Assembly (NCBI GenBank): GCA_034439575.1
Contig: JAWXAQ010000027.1
Coordinates: 224,001 to 288,000, forward strand
DNA: 64,000 nt
From: Leptospira sp.
GTDB taxonomy: Bacteria; Spirochaetota; Leptospiria; Leptospirales; Leptospiraceae
Direction of reading: 5' to 3'
Position 1 is the stretch's first letter; each line of letters begins with the position of its first letter. Of the stretch, positions 1 through 11,887 are shown one piece after another. The position numbers were made by a program, and so were the translations under genes. The notes beneath the pieces were generated by a model. The model did not search any database, was not told the origin of the DNA, and saw nothing but the letters and a program-made list of their open reading frames with translations.

Positions 1-1011
1 CTCAATCGCATCGAAGATAAAACGAATTTGTTTATCAAACATCTCTATGAAAGTAACCCAGAGAAGATGGCGAGTCTAAAAGGTATCGTTCAAAATTCAT
101 TTTATACAAAGTCATTGGCCTTAGCTTTTTTTCGTCTCCTTGTGAATGAAAAAGAATTTTTTATTCATCTTGCAGATATGGGTTTACTCGCATTAGGTGC
201 AACAATTCAAAAACGATATCATTTTAAAATGGTAAATCGATATTCATTTTTGGCAGGACTCTGTGCAGATATCTCTACTTCAAAAGATGGTATTTATAAA
301 AAAACATTAGTCGGTCCTGTATTAACCACAACCACTGCACTTTCTATGGAAATTACTCGTAAGTTTGCTCTTCCAGAAGAGATCATGGCGGCAATCAATG
401 GGCATCCTGTCAGTAATTTTGAAATTCCTAATAGTGATCCACCAGAAGTGACTGCGGATGAATTGCGAAAAAACCAAATCAACCAAGAACTGTTAGCTGG
501 CACGCCCATGGAAGATGAGTCTACAGATGTAGAAGATGAATCCGAAGAATATGCAGAAGAGACAGCAGGTGTTGTCCTTGCTTCTTTAAAGATCGCTAGG
601 TTTATCAAAGAAAATTTAAAAGTCAGCGTTGATAAAGAACACATATCCGAAAAGTTACTTGTTATGTTTACGTATAACTCAGAGAAGGGGGTATTTCGTA
701 AAGACATAGCAGACCCTATGCTGAATCGGTTTACTGAGTTTGATCAAGCAATAAAGAAGATTAGAGTTATTGCCGAAATTGAAAACAAATGTAAGTTTCC
801 GCCTTCCGCTTGGGCTTACCCGAAACCGAAGTCGGCACAAGTTCTTTGCAAAGATAAAAATTACCATTGTCCACTCATTGTCAATGGATGGGATTTGAAG
901 ATCATTTCGGCACAAGATCCCTATGGATTTATAGGCACGACACTGGACGTAGGAACCTATCCTAAGTGTGCATTGGAAGAAGAATTACACGAGAAAGTAA
1001 AACTAGATTAG
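1..1011 (+). CDS. Hypothetical protein, 5'-truncated by window edge; HD/HDOD-like helical region and C-terminal 4-Cys domain
   Basis: Frame is open from base 1 (LNRIEDKTNLFIKH...) to TAG at 1009-1011; GLCADIS and AAINGHP resemble degenerate HD-type motifs; four Cys in the last ~75 aa. Confidence 0.6.
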   Translation, partial: LNRIEDKTNLFIKHLYESNPEKMASLKGIVQNSFYTKSLALAFFRLLVNEKEFFIHLADMGLLALGATIQKRYHFKMVNRYSFLAGLCADISTSKDGIYKKTLVGPVLTTTTALSMEITRKFALPEEIMAAINGHPVSNFEIPNSDPPEVTADELRKNQINQELLAGTPMEDESTDVEDESEEYAEETAGVVLASLKIARFIKENLKVSVDKEHISEKLLVMFTYNSEKGVFRKDIADPMLNRFTEFDQAIKKIRVIAEIENKCKFPPSAWAYPKPKSAQVLCKDKNYHCPLIVNGWDLKIISAQDPYGFIGTTLDVGTYPKCALEEELHEKVKLD

Positions 1012-1018
1012 AACAAGG

Positions 1019-1045
1019 AGAACCAATCCAAATAGGATTGGTTCT
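1019..1045. terminator. Bidirectional hairpin between convergent genes
   Basis: Perfect 11-bp inverted repeat AGAACCAATCC-aaata-GGATTGGTTCT between stops at 1011 and 1059. Confidence 0.7.
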
Positions 1046-1058
1046 GTAATCGGTGAGA

Positions 1059-1307
1059 TTAAGGAAGTTTTGTTTTCATGGCATCTGTAGCAGCTTTTGT
1101 GCCTTCAGTCGTTGCCTTTTTAACTTCAGCTTCCGCAGCTTTTTTAGCTTCTGCAGCTTTTTTTTCTGCTTCAGACATTACTTTGTTTGCTGCATCTTCT
1201 ACAACAGTTTCCATTTTTTCTTCCGCAGCAGGCTCTTCTTTTTTGCAAAATACAAGTCCAGAAGCAAGTGTAAGTCCTAAAGCTAAAATTAGAAGTTTTT
1301 TAGTCAT
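1059..1307 (-). CDS. Small Ala/Lys/Glu-rich lipoprotein
   Basis: MTKK + hydrophobic stretch + GLVFC lipobox, then low-complexity helical AEKKAAEAKK; AAGGAG RBS upstream. Confidence 0.8.
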   Translation of the reverse strand: MTKKLLILALGLTLASGLVFCKKEEPAAEEKMETVVEDAANKVMSEAEKKAAEAKKAAEAEVKKATTEGTKAATDAMKTKLP

Positions 1308-1390
1308 AATTGAAATCTCCTTCGTTATTACGAATGGACAAATTCTAATTTTGAATCTTTATGAGGGAAGAAATAAATTTAAAAACTCAT

Positions 1391-2425
1391 CTAAATCTTT
1401 TTAATAAAGGTCAAAAATTCTTCCACTTCACGTTTGCTTCCAATGATTAAGGTCGTTCTTTCGTGTAATGTTTTTGGATCTAGGTCTAGAACTCTTTCCC
1501 CTTTGACAGTCACAGCCATTCCACCAGCTTTTTCCGCCAAATAGGCCATTGGTGCCGCTTCATACAGTAGGCGAAGTTTTCCATTTGGATATTTCGAAGA
1601 CTTTGTATCGTTTGGATAAAGGAAAATCCCACCTTTTAAAAGGTTTCTATGGAAATCCGCTACGAGTGAGCCAATGTATCTTGCCGTTTTAGGTTTTTTC
1701 CCGTTTTCTATGGATTTGATATGCGAAATATAAGATTTAACTTCCTCGCTCCAATAACTTGCGTTACCTTCATTGACAGAATATATATCTCCTTTTTCTG
1801 GCATGACCATTTCTTCATGTGATAAAAGAAACTCTCCAAGGCTTGGATCCAAAGTAAATCCAACGACAGATTTTCCTGTGGAAATCACAAGCATAGTGGA
1901 TGATCCATAGATTATGTATCCTGCGCATCTTTGCAAAGATCCTTTTTGCAATAGGTCTTTCTCAGTTCCTTGTGCCTTTGAATTGATATCTAGTCTTTGG
2001 TGGATAGAAAAAATGGTACCGATAGAAACATTGGTATCTATATTAGAAGATCCGTCCAAAGGATCAATGGCCATCGTGTATTTGCCGACAGCATAACCAT
2101 TAGGAATGGGGATAATTTCTTCATGTTCTTCACTGGCAAGCACGCATAAGTGCCCACAAATCTTGAGAGAATGGTTGAAGGCATTGTCCGCATACTGGTC
2201 CAATTTCATTTGCGTTTCGCCTTGGACATTTGTATCTTCGGTGGACCCTAAAATATCATGAAGTAAACCTGCTTTTCTAACTTCTCTCGCAACGATTTTT
2301 GCGGCATAGACTAGATGATTGAGTAGGGCGGAAAATTCGCCAGAGGCATGTGGGATTTTGAGTTGCTCTTCTATGATGAATTGAGAAAGAGAGATCTGCT
2401 TCTTCTGTTTTGGAATTGAATTCAC
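1391..2425 (-). CDS. fbp: Fructose-1,6-bisphosphatase class 1
   Basis: DPLDGSSNID, RYIGSLVADFHRNLLKGGIFLYP, GKLRLLYEAAP motifs. Confidence 0.97.
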   Translation of the reverse strand: MNSIPKQKKQISLSQFIIEEQLKIPHASGEFSALLNHLVYAAKIVAREVRKAGLLHDILGSTEDTNVQGETQMKLDQYADNAFNHSLKICGHLCVLASEEHEEIIPIPNGYAVGKYTMAIDPLDGSSNIDTNVSIGTIFSIHQRLDINSKAQGTEKDLLQKGSLQRCAGYIIYGSSTMLVISTGKSVVGFTLDPSLGEFLLSHEEMVMPEKGDIYSVNEGNASYWSEEVKSYISHIKSIENGKKPKTARYIGSLVADFHRNLLKGGIFLYPNDTKSSKYPNGKLRLLYEAAPMAYLAEKAGGMAVTVKGERVLDLDPKTLHERTTLIIGSKREVEEFLTFIKKI

Positions 2426-2528
2426 GGTTTTGCCTTAGTTTTTTCTTCATTTTGAAGGCTAGACCAGGGTGGCAATCCTTTCTCCTATTCTTCGGTGAAC
2501 CAGTTTCCGACAATAAAGTGAGACCCTT

Positions 2529-3350
2529 ATGGAATCGACTATCAATTACCACGTTAGCCCCGAGCTCAATCTAGCTGAATACCATATTCGAAAAATCACG
2601 CAGGCATTTTACGGATTGGGTGCCGTATATGGATTTCTTTTTATCGAAAACGAAAATGTATTCCGTTTAGGCAAATCTCCAAGAGAAGCCAATTTTTTAA
2701 ACCAAATCCAAAACAATTATGATGCTTTAAAAAAATCAGCGAAAGACCTTCATCCAGTAAAAATTTCCAATTGGGCGGAAGAAGGCCAAAATCTGCAAGC
2801 AGTGCTTGTTCGCCTTCCCCATAGAGAATTATTTGTTTTTGCTATTATCATTCACAATGCGGGGGAAGAATTTCCTAAAAATCGATGGTCCTTTCTTGCA
2901 AATTCGACAATGACCTACCTTTCGGTTGGGATTTCCTCCCGCGCCAAAACTTTGTTGAGTTTTCGTAGCTTTACGGAAGTTTTCCGAAGGAAAGTCTGTG
3001 ATTCTCTCACAGAATTTGACTCTGGGGTCCTAGTTTTGTTCTATTTGCAGGACCTTTCTCCCTTTTTCAAACCACTTGGCATAGTCAAAAGCCAAGAAAT
3101 ACTCAGGGAAGTCGCATCTACTTTGCAGGCGGCCATAAAACCGGGAGAGTTATTTTTCCAATTGAATGTACGTTCTTTTTACCTTTTTAGCCCCGGTGAA
3201 ATCGTTGCGAATTTGAACGAAAGAATGGAAGGTCTCTATTTTCCTTCCAAACACTTGATTTTGGACTATAAATTGAAATTATATTTGGTTTCTAAGGTTG
3301 TTGCCGAAGATCCGAACCAATTTTCTGATCTTTTCATGGAAAATTTGTAA
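2529..3350 (+). CDS. Hypothetical protein with degenerate C-terminal GGDEF-like domain
   Basis: VLFYLQDLSPFFKPLGIVKSQEILREVASTL...FFQLNVRSF follows the GGDEF fold pattern but lacks GG(D/E)EF. Confidence 0.55.
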   Translation: MESTINYHVSPELNLAEYHIRKITQAFYGLGAVYGFLFIENENVFRLGKSPREANFLNQIQNNYDALKKSAKDLHPVKISNWAEEGQNLQAVLVRLPHRELFVFAIIIHNAGEEFPKNRWSFLANSTMTYLSVGISSRAKTLLSFRSFTEVFRRKVCDSLTEFDSGVLVLFYLQDLSPFFKPLGIVKSQEILREVASTLQAAIKPGELFFQLNVRSFYLFSPGEIVANLNERMEGLYFPSKHLILDYKLKLYLVSKVVAEDPNQFSDLFMENL

Positions 3351-3367
3351 AATCATAATTGGCGGAA

Positions 3368-3397
3368 TTGACAGCAAGGGCTCTCTCAGATTATTGT
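3368..3397 (+). promoter_or_regulatory. sigma70-type promoter for the rpsU-dnaG-rpoD operon
   Basis: TTGACA-N18-TATTGT about 40 nt upstream of rpsU. Confidence 0.55.
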
Positions 3398-3435
3398 AAA
3401 ATTTACACTATTTACAAGAGGACAGTTATTTGTCT

Positions 3436-3654
3436 ATGACCCCACAAGTAGGGATTTATTTAAAAGAAGGGGAATCGATCGAGGCAGCGCTTCGTAGATT
3501 CAAAAGAGATTGTGCTAACGCAGGTATCATGAGCGAAATCAAACGTAGAGAATACTTTGAGAAGCCAAGCGTAGTCAAGAAAAAAGCTGTGGAAGCTGCC
3601 AAAAGAAAAAGAGACAAAAAGAAGAGATTGTTTGCTAAAAAAGACAAACTCTAA
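3436..3654 (+). CDS. rpsU: 30S ribosomal protein S21
   Basis: ESIEAALRRFKR...EIKRREYFEKPS signature; ATG at 3436 (in-frame TTG at 3430 also possible). Confidence 0.97.
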   Translation: MTPQVGIYLKEGESIEAALRRFKRDCANAGIMSEIKRREYFEKPSVVKKKAVEAAKRKRDKKKRLFAKKDKL

Positions 3655-3675
3655 AATTCTCTCTGAATTTCTCTG

Positions 3676-4131
3676 ATGACACTCCAAGAGACCATCAATT
3701 CTGATCTGAAACAAGCTCTTAAATCGAAAGATGAGCTTGTCTTGGGAACCTTACGTCTGATCAAAGCCGACATTCAGTATGAACTTACAAAAACGGGTGC
3801 TTCGGAACTAACGGATGTAAATGTTATGCAGATATTGAAATCAAATTTCAAAAAAAGAAAGGATACTGCGATTGAGTATGAAAAAGCCAATCGTGTTGAC
3901 CTTGCTTCCAAAGAACGCGATGAAGCAGATGTGATTTCTCGTTACATTCCCGCAGAAATTTCCGAATCAGAAATTCAAAATGCAGTGACAAATGCCATCC
4001 AGGAGATGGGGGCGAAGAGTCCAGCTGACATGGGTAAAGTTATGGGCAAAGTGATGGCTGTATTTAAAGGACAGAATATCGACGGCTCAAAGGTTTCTCT
4101 AATCGTAAAACAATCATTATCCGCGAATTAA
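3676..4131 (+). CDS. yqeY: GatB/YqeY domain protein
   Basis: DLKQALKSKD...LRLIKA, DMGKVMGKVM...IDGSKVS motifs; standard position after rpsU. Confidence 0.92.
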   Translation: MTLQETINSDLKQALKSKDELVLGTLRLIKADIQYELTKTGASELTDVNVMQILKSNFKKRKDTAIEYEKANRVDLASKERDEADVISRYIPAEISESEIQNAVTNAIQEMGAKSPADMGKVMGKVMAVFKGQNIDGSKVSLIVKQSLSAN

Positions 4132-4140
4132 TAAAAGCCT

Positions 4141-5961
4141 GTGAATCCCTATCAGAATTTCAAAGAAAGAGTTCGCAGGGAAGTCTCTATAGACTCCTAT
4201 ATTGGACGATTTGTTCCTCTTCGTAGGGCGGGTCGTAGCCTAACGGGTCTTTGCCCTTTCCATAATGAAAAAACTCCCTCGTTTTCCGTAAATCCAGAAT
4301 CCGGTTTTTATCATTGTTTTGGCTGTAAGGCAAGCGGTGATATTTTTCGATTTGTTATGGACCATCAAAAAGTTGATTTTCTAAAATCACTTGAGATACT
4401 TTCCGAATATTCAGGCATTCCCTTATTAGAAAGAACTAAAGCGGAAGAAGAAGAAGATCGTAAAAAAGAATTTTTATATCAAATATCAGAAAGAGCAAAA
4501 AATTACTTTCAAAAAAATTTCCAAACCACTGCTGGAGAACAAGCCTTAAAATATCTCGAAGAACGAGGCTTATACGAAGAAGATATTAAGATTTTTGGCA
4601 TTGGCTTTGCTTTGCCAGGATTTTCTAATATTTTAAGAGATCTTTTTCGAAGTGAAGTGGAAGCTAAGTTAGGTGAATCGCTTGGCCTACTAAAAAGACA
4701 AGATGCCAATAAAGATCCATATGATTTTTTTAGAAACCGCATCATGTTTCCTGTCATTGATCCAAAAGGGCGTACCATAGCATTTTCTGGAAGGATTATC
4801 GGAAATTCGGAAGAAGCAAAATATATCAATAGTCCCAATTCCGCAATCTACGACAAAAGTAGAAGTTTTTATAATCTCAATTTAGCACAAGACATGGTGC
4901 GTAAGTCCCGTGAGGCAATTGTCGTAGAAGGTGTGTTTGATGCCGTGGGACTATTTCGAAAAGGAATAGAAGCCGTTGTCGCACCACTTGGCACAGGCTT
5001 TACCGAAAACCATGCACGGATCTTAAAAAATATGGCTGATAAAGTCATACTTATGATGGATTCCGATTCGGCTGGTGCAAAAGGTGCCTTTCGCGCGGTC
5101 ACTTTTTTAAATAAGGAAGGAGTCGATGTACGTGTTGCCTCAGTTCCTGAAGGAAAAGATCCCTTCGATTTTTCTAGAAATCATAATAAATTAGAAATTC
5201 GTGAACTTTTAGAATCGGCAGGTTCCGCATCACAGTTTATGATCTCACAAATTCTTGCCGGCACAACTTCTAGTTCTGTTCCAGAAGCAAAACAGGCAAG
5301 TGTGCGTCGGCTCATGGAATTTGTAAAGACCATGGAAAAGGAAACGGACAAACAAGTTTACCTCCAAGAAGGCGCAAAACAGCTCGGAATTTCATTTTCT
5401 GCAATTTTTCAGGACTTTGCAGGGCCTGGACAGAAAAGTTCCACCCCCCTAAGTGTCGATACTAAGAAGACAAATAGAAACATGCCCGCTCTGCGTGTGA
5501 GCTCCATTCAAGTTTGTGAAAGAAAGATGATAGCCAAACTCATACAAAACCAAGAACATTTTGAGTTCTCTGACGAGATTCTAAATCTTGAATTTAAAGA
5601 TGAGACATCTAGTTTTTTGTGGGATTATATTTACACGAAGTACCTTCAAAATGAACCTATTTCAGCAGCTGAGATTTTATCCAAAGAAGATATTCCACAA
5701 GAATTTTTGGGACTTATCGCAGAACACTTTGATACGGAAGAAACAGAAAATCAGAACAACAAACAGTTGTTTAGAGAATTGTTATTAAATCATAGAAGAT
5801 TTCATTATGATAATCAAATGAATGAACTAATGGCAAAGATGAGCGAAACATCCTTAACACTAGAACAAAAGAGAGATATTCTCTCTGAATTTACGTTTTT
5901 AAAGAACGAACGAGATAAGATTTCGGAGTATCTAAGAAAACTCCAACCGCAAGAAGTTTGA
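4141..5961 (+). CDS. dnaG: DNA primase
   Basis: CHC2 zinc finger CPFHNEKTPSF...CFGC, FRNRIMFP, KYINSP, TOPRIM VVEGVFD and DSDSAG. Confidence 0.97.
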   Translation: MNPYQNFKERVRREVSIDSYIGRFVPLRRAGRSLTGLCPFHNEKTPSFSVNPESGFYHCFGCKASGDIFRFVMDHQKVDFLKSLEILSEYSGIPLLERTKAEEEEDRKKEFLYQISERAKNYFQKNFQTTAGEQALKYLEERGLYEEDIKIFGIGFALPGFSNILRDLFRSEVEAKLGESLGLLKRQDANKDPYDFFRNRIMFPVIDPKGRTIAFSGRIIGNSEEAKYINSPNSAIYDKSRSFYNLNLAQDMVRKSREAIVVEGVFDAVGLFRKGIEAVVAPLGTGFTENHARILKNMADKVILMMDSDSAGAKGAFRAVTFLNKEGVDVRVASVPEGKDPFDFSRNHNKLEIRELLESAGSASQFMISQILAGTTSSSVPEAKQASVRRLMEFVKTMEKETDKQVYLQEGAKQLGISFSAIFQDFAGPGQKSSTPLSVDTKKTNRNMPALRVSSIQVCERKMIAKLIQNQEHFEFSDEILNLEFKDETSSFLWDYIYTKYLQNEPISAAEILSKEDIPQEFLGLIAEHFDTEETENQNNKQLFRELLLNHRRFHYDNQMNELMAKMSETSLTLEQKRDILSEFTFLKNERDKISEYLRKLQPQEV

Positions 5962-5979
5962 TAGAGGAACTATAGAATC

Positions 5980-7746
<1,767 letters not shown>

Positions 7747-7764
7747 AATTTTCGCTTGCCCATG

Positions 7765-7812
7765 TTCATAGAAGTCCTATTTTCAAATTAAATAGAATAG
7801 GACTTCTTTGAA
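7765..7812 (+). terminator. Stem-loop after rpoD abutting the next start codon
   Basis: TTCATAGAAGTCCTATTT...GAATAGGACTTCTTTGAA inverted repeat. Confidence 0.55.
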
Positions 7813-8876
7813 TGAAATACTCTTTATCCTTCTCACTACTTTTAATCATCCTTACTCATAATTGTGGACCTAAAACAGAAAAGGCACTAAGCTATGTGAG
7901 TGCTGGCTCTGTAGGCCAATTGTATCCAGAACAACCGTGGAGATATAGCCCCGAATACGTGTTTGATGGAAAACAAAGCACGGCGTTTTGTGCGGATTCA
8001 AAACAAACAGATTCTGGATTTACAATTTATTTATCAAACCATTCTGAATTTTCAGCCATTTCTTTTATCAATGGATTTGCGAAATCGTCTCTAGATGCTT
8101 CGCAAAATGCACAGGTAAAAAAGTTAAAAATAACTGCCATTGTTCAAGCTGTATCAGATAATAAAACTAAAGTGAATTCGGAAGATTCAGTGATTGTCGA
8201 ACTTCCTTTAGCTGTATTTTCCGGAAATGAGGCAAAAGTTCAAAGTGTAGATTTAAACAAAACCTTAAAAGGCAATGTGATACGATTTGAATTTTTAGAC
8301 ACTCACAAGGGATCAAAATTTACAGATGTTTGCCTGAGTGAACTTATCATAGGCCAAAGGAAAGATAACCAATTTCAAAAATATCCTGTTTCCAATGAAG
8401 AACGAATCAAAACTTTGATCGCAGGATATGAAGAGGCATCTCGACATTATTATGCTTTTAAAAAATTAATCACCGCGAACGAGGTTGGATCTATTAATTT
8501 TTTAAATCAAAATTTGGTTCTCCCAGTATTTTTTAAACCAGATTTTACTTTCAGTTTTTCCGAAATGTATGGTGGTAACCCGGAAGCTGGCATGGGTGGG
8601 ATGGACAGCGCCAAACAAGGAAGTTATACTATACTTTCTTCCAGTGCTCATGGAATTGAGATCAATTTAAGTTATTTTGATGCGAATGGTTTAGAAAAAA
8701 ATGATACATGGATTTTCCGTCGAGCGAGTGCTGGTGATGAAGATTTTGAATATTTTAAAACGAAACTCGGCACAACTTTTTCGGAAGTTTACAATCCAAA
8801 GACCCATTATTTGTTATTTCTTAAAGAAGTAAATACTAGTTCCTCCTATTACAATTATGAAATTCCTTTCAAATAG
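7812..8876 (+). CDS. Lipoprotein with discoidin/NADase-type glycan-binding-like N-terminal domain
   Basis: Signal peptide ending THNC; YSPEYVFDGKQSTAFC...INGFAKS...IRFEFLDTHKGSKFTDVCLSEL pattern. Confidence 0.65.
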   Translation: MKYSLSFSLLLIILTHNCGPKTEKALSYVSAGSVGQLYPEQPWRYSPEYVFDGKQSTAFCADSKQTDSGFTIYLSNHSEFSAISFINGFAKSSLDASQNAQVKKLKITAIVQAVSDNKTKVNSEDSVIVELPLAVFSGNEAKVQSVDLNKTLKGNVIRFEFLDTHKGSKFTDVCLSELIIGQRKDNQFQKYPVSNEERIKTLIAGYEEASRHYYAFKKLITANEVGSINFLNQNLVLPVFFKPDFTFSFSEMYGGNPEAGMGGMDSAKQGSYTILSSSAHGIEINLSYFDANGLEKNDTWIFRRASAGDEDFEYFKTKLGTTFSEVYNPKTHYLLFLKEVNTSSSYYNYEIPFK

Positions 8877-8940
8877 TTTGCACTATTTAAAAAAGAATAA
8901 TTGTGTATAAACAAATTAGTCTAGATATTAAATGTAATCT

Positions 8941-8975
8941 AAAAAAAAACGATCGGCTGTTAAGCGATCGTTTTT
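8941..8975 (-). terminator. Rho-independent terminator overlapping the glpD stop, probably bidirectional
   Basis: AAAAACGATCG-N9-CGATCGTTTTT with a T9 tract on the minus strand. Confidence 0.65.
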
Positions 8976-10564
8976 GAAAGAGCAATTACCACTTCATTAA
9001 ATTCTTTGAGAGAGGATTTTTTCTGTGCTTCCGTCCAGGATTGGCATTTTGATAAAATCTTACTTACTGGTTCAGCAAGTTTTGTTGCAAGTTCCAAATC
9101 CAAAAATAGAACTCTCCATCTTCTAGCTAAGATATCACTTACGGAAATGGCAAATTCATTTTTAACAAAATGAATAATCTCCTCTTCGAAATAACCCGTT
9201 CCTTTTTTGATCTCTTTTGGTTTTTTACCAAGGATCATTTCTGCTTCGCCACCTAAAGAATCTGCTAATCTAATGGCAACTGACTCTTCAAATCCATAGA
9301 TCCATTGTAATTTTCTATATAAATCTTTTGTATAACCGATAGCCCCTGGGAAACTATAATTATAAGTCATACATTCATTTTTGGAATCCAGACCACCTTC
9401 ATCGATTAGGCGATTTGTAAGGTCTTCGCCCATTTTGCGGTAAGTAGACCATTTGCCACCAGACATGGTCACAAGGCCTGAATCAGAAACGAGTATAGCT
9501 TCTTCCCTAGAAATGGATTTTGTATTTTGATTTCCTTCAAGTGAGATAAGTGGGCGAAGGCCACTAAATACGGATTGGACATCGTCTTTAGTCAGTTTGG
9601 CGTCTAAATAATCATTCCCTGTTTTAAGTAAAAAATCTACTTCTTCTTTTAAGGGAAGTGGTTCATCATCGATGGATTTGATCGGTGTATCCGTTGTCCC
9701 CATAATGACCTTACCTTCCCAAGGGATGATAAATACCACACGTCCGTCAGCCGTTTTGGGAATGATCATCGCGGTTTTACATGGAATTTTTTCTTTTGAA
9801 AATACCAGGTGGATGCCTTGGCTTGGGCTTAGGACATTTGATGCGTTTGGTTCATCTAATTTGCGTATGGCGTCAATCCAAACACCAGTTGTATTTGCGA
9901 TGACCTTGGCATAAATATCTATTTTCTTTTTTGTTAGTAAATCAATTGCTTGAACACCAATAATGCGACCATCTTTTTTGATAAATCCTTTCACTTCGAC
10001 TCGGCTTAAAATGTCAGCACCAGCATCTTTTGCACCGCGTATGGTAGCAATGTTCAGTCTCGCATCATTGAACTGGGCATCGTAGTATTTGATTCCGCCT
10101 TTGAGTCCCTCTTTTTTTAAGGAAGGAAATAAATCTAAGGCTTGGGTTTTTGAAACTCTTTCGTGTCCAGGGACAGTGGAAGAACCAGCTAATAGATCAT
10201 AAAGAGTCAAGCCAATGGAGAAGTAAGGTTTCTCATACCATTTGTAAGTGGGCATGACAAAGGGAAGAGGTTTGACCAAGTGAGGTGCATTCTTTAAAAG
10301 TCGTTTTCTCTCCGTGAGAGCCTCATGTATCAATTTGAAATGCAATTGTGCTAAATAGCGCACACCACCGTGAATCAGTTTGGTTGATCGAGAGGAAGTG
10401 CCGCTTGAAAAATCTTTTTTGTCAAGTAGGGCAACTTTGTAGCCACGAAGGCTCGCATCAAGTGCTGTGCCTGAACCCGTCGCACCCCCACCAAGGATGA
10501 GAATATCATACTTTGTTTCGGAGAGTTTTGTGAGAATTTGTGATCTTTCTTTTGATAGTGCCAT
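8960..10564 (-). CDS. glpD: FAD-dependent glycerol-3-phosphate dehydrogenase
   Basis: GGGATG FAD motif, GTSSRSTKLIHGGVRYL, GTTDTP, GGKWSTYRKM. Confidence 0.95.
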   Translation of the reverse strand: MALSKERSQILTKLSETKYDILILGGGATGSGTALDASLRGYKVALLDKKDFSSGTSSRSTKLIHGGVRYLAQLHFKLIHEALTERKRLLKNAPHLVKPLPFVMPTYKWYEKPYFSIGLTLYDLLAGSSTVPGHERVSKTQALDLFPSLKKEGLKGGIKYYDAQFNDARLNIATIRGAKDAGADILSRVEVKGFIKKDGRIIGVQAIDLLTKKKIDIYAKVIANTTGVWIDAIRKLDEPNASNVLSPSQGIHLVFSKEKIPCKTAMIIPKTADGRVVFIIPWEGKVIMGTTDTPIKSIDDEPLPLKEEVDFLLKTGNDYLDAKLTKDDVQSVFSGLRPLISLEGNQNTKSISREEAILVSDSGLVTMSGGKWSTYRKMGEDLTNRLIDEGGLDSKNECMTYNYSFPGAIGYTKDLYRKLQWIYGFEESVAIRLADSLGGEAEMILGKKPKEIKKGTGYFEEEIIHFVKNEFAISVSDILARRWRVLFLDLELATKLAEPVSKILSKCQSWTEAQKKSSLKEFNEVVIALSKTIA

Positions 10565-10654
10565 TCTTCGTTTTTGCTTTTCTTGCCTATAGAGATTCTT
10601 AGGTAAGTATTGTCATATATCACCATTTCATCCATCCAAAATTAAAAGACTTAC

Positions 10655-11887
10655 ATGAAAACTGACGCACAAATTGAATTAGAAATCGAAAAAATCCGCA
10701 GAGGTACTGTGGAGATCATTTCCGAAAATGAACTGAAAGCAAAATTAAAAAAGAAAGTGATTCTAAAAATCAAAGCTGGGTTTGATCCTACAGCTCCAGA
10801 TTTGCACCTTGGACATTTTGTATTGCTTAGAAAACTAAGACACTTTCAAGAACTCGGACATGAAATAATATTTTTGTTAGGTGACTTTACTGGAATGATA
10901 GGAGACCCAACTGGAAAGTCAGAAACTAGGAAACGACTAACAAAAGAAGAAGTCTTAGTTAATTCTCAAACTTACCAAGACCAAGTTTTCAAAATTTTGG
11001 ATAAGTCAAAAACCAAAATCGTTTATAACTCCGAGTGGTGTTCACCGATGAAAATCGAAGATGTCTTAAGTCTTACTGCAAGATACACCGTTTCACAAAT
11101 GTTAGAGAGAGATGATTTTACAAAAAGATATAAGTCTGGTAGTCCAATTTCAATTATTGAATTTTTATATCCATTATTCCAAGGATATGATTCTGTTGCG
11201 ATACAAAGTGATGTAGAGTTAGGTGGAACTGATCAAAAATTCAATTTGTTAATTGGTCGGGATCTGCAAAGAGAATACGGTCAAGATCCACAGTGTGTAG
11301 TCACTATGCCTCTACTTGTTGGCCTTGACGGGACTAAAAAAATGTCTAAGTCACTTGGCAATTATATAGGAATTACCGAAGCACCGCTCGATATTTACGG
11401 TAAGGTGATGTCTATCTCTGATGATTTAATGTGGAATTATTTTGAACTTCTGACCGATCTCCCTAAAACAGAAATCAGTGCCCGTCAAAATGGGATTAGG
11501 GAAAAAGCTCTCCATCCCAAAGAAGTGAAAACAGAACTCGCTCTTTTAATTATGAACCAATTGCATCCTGCATCTGAAAATCAAAATGCCATCGAAGAAT
11601 GGGCTCGCATACATAATACAAAAAATCGTGCTTTGCCAGATGAAATTCCGACGGAAACTCTTGGCTCTGAGTTTTTTAGTGAAAAACCTCCCTTACTATT
11701 AGCTATATTATCCCAATTCAAATTTATTCCCTCCACATCGGAAGGACGAAGGCTCATCCAAGCCGGGGGACTCTATTTGGATGAAGAAAAATTAACAGAC
11801 CCAAATATGGTTCTTGCAAAGGGCAAAGAGTATCTGATCCGCCAAGGGAAAAAAGGAAAATTTTTACGTATAATTACGAATGCTTAA
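10655..11887 (+). CDS. tyrS: Tyrosine--tRNA ligase
   Basis: [13 protein letters not shown] (HIGH), [16 protein letters not shown]-terminal S4-like domain. Confidence 0.97.
   Translation: MKTDAQIELEIEKIRRGTVEIISENELKAKLKKKVILKIKAGFDPTAPDLHLGHFVLLRKLRHFQELGHEIIFLLGDFTGMIGDPTGKSETRKRLTKEEVLVNSQTYQDQVFKILDKSKTKIVYNSEWCSPMKIEDVLSLTARYTVSQMLERDDFTKRYKSGSPISIIEFLYPLFQGYDSVAIQSDVELGGTDQKFNLLIGRDLQREYGQDPQCVVTMPLLVGLDGTKKMSKSLGNYIGITEAPLDIYGKVMSISDDLMWNYFELLTDLPKTEISARQNGIREKALHPKEVKTELALLIMNQLHPASENQNAIEEWARIHNTKNRALPDEIPTETLGSEFFSEKPPLLLAILSQFKFIPSTSEGRRLIQAGGLYLDEEKLTDPNMVLAKGKEYLIRQGKKGKFLRIITNA

Noticed and set aside
1053..1404. Plus-strand ORFs 1053-1280 and 1078-1404
   Set aside because: Shadows of the low-complexity minus-strand lipoprotein
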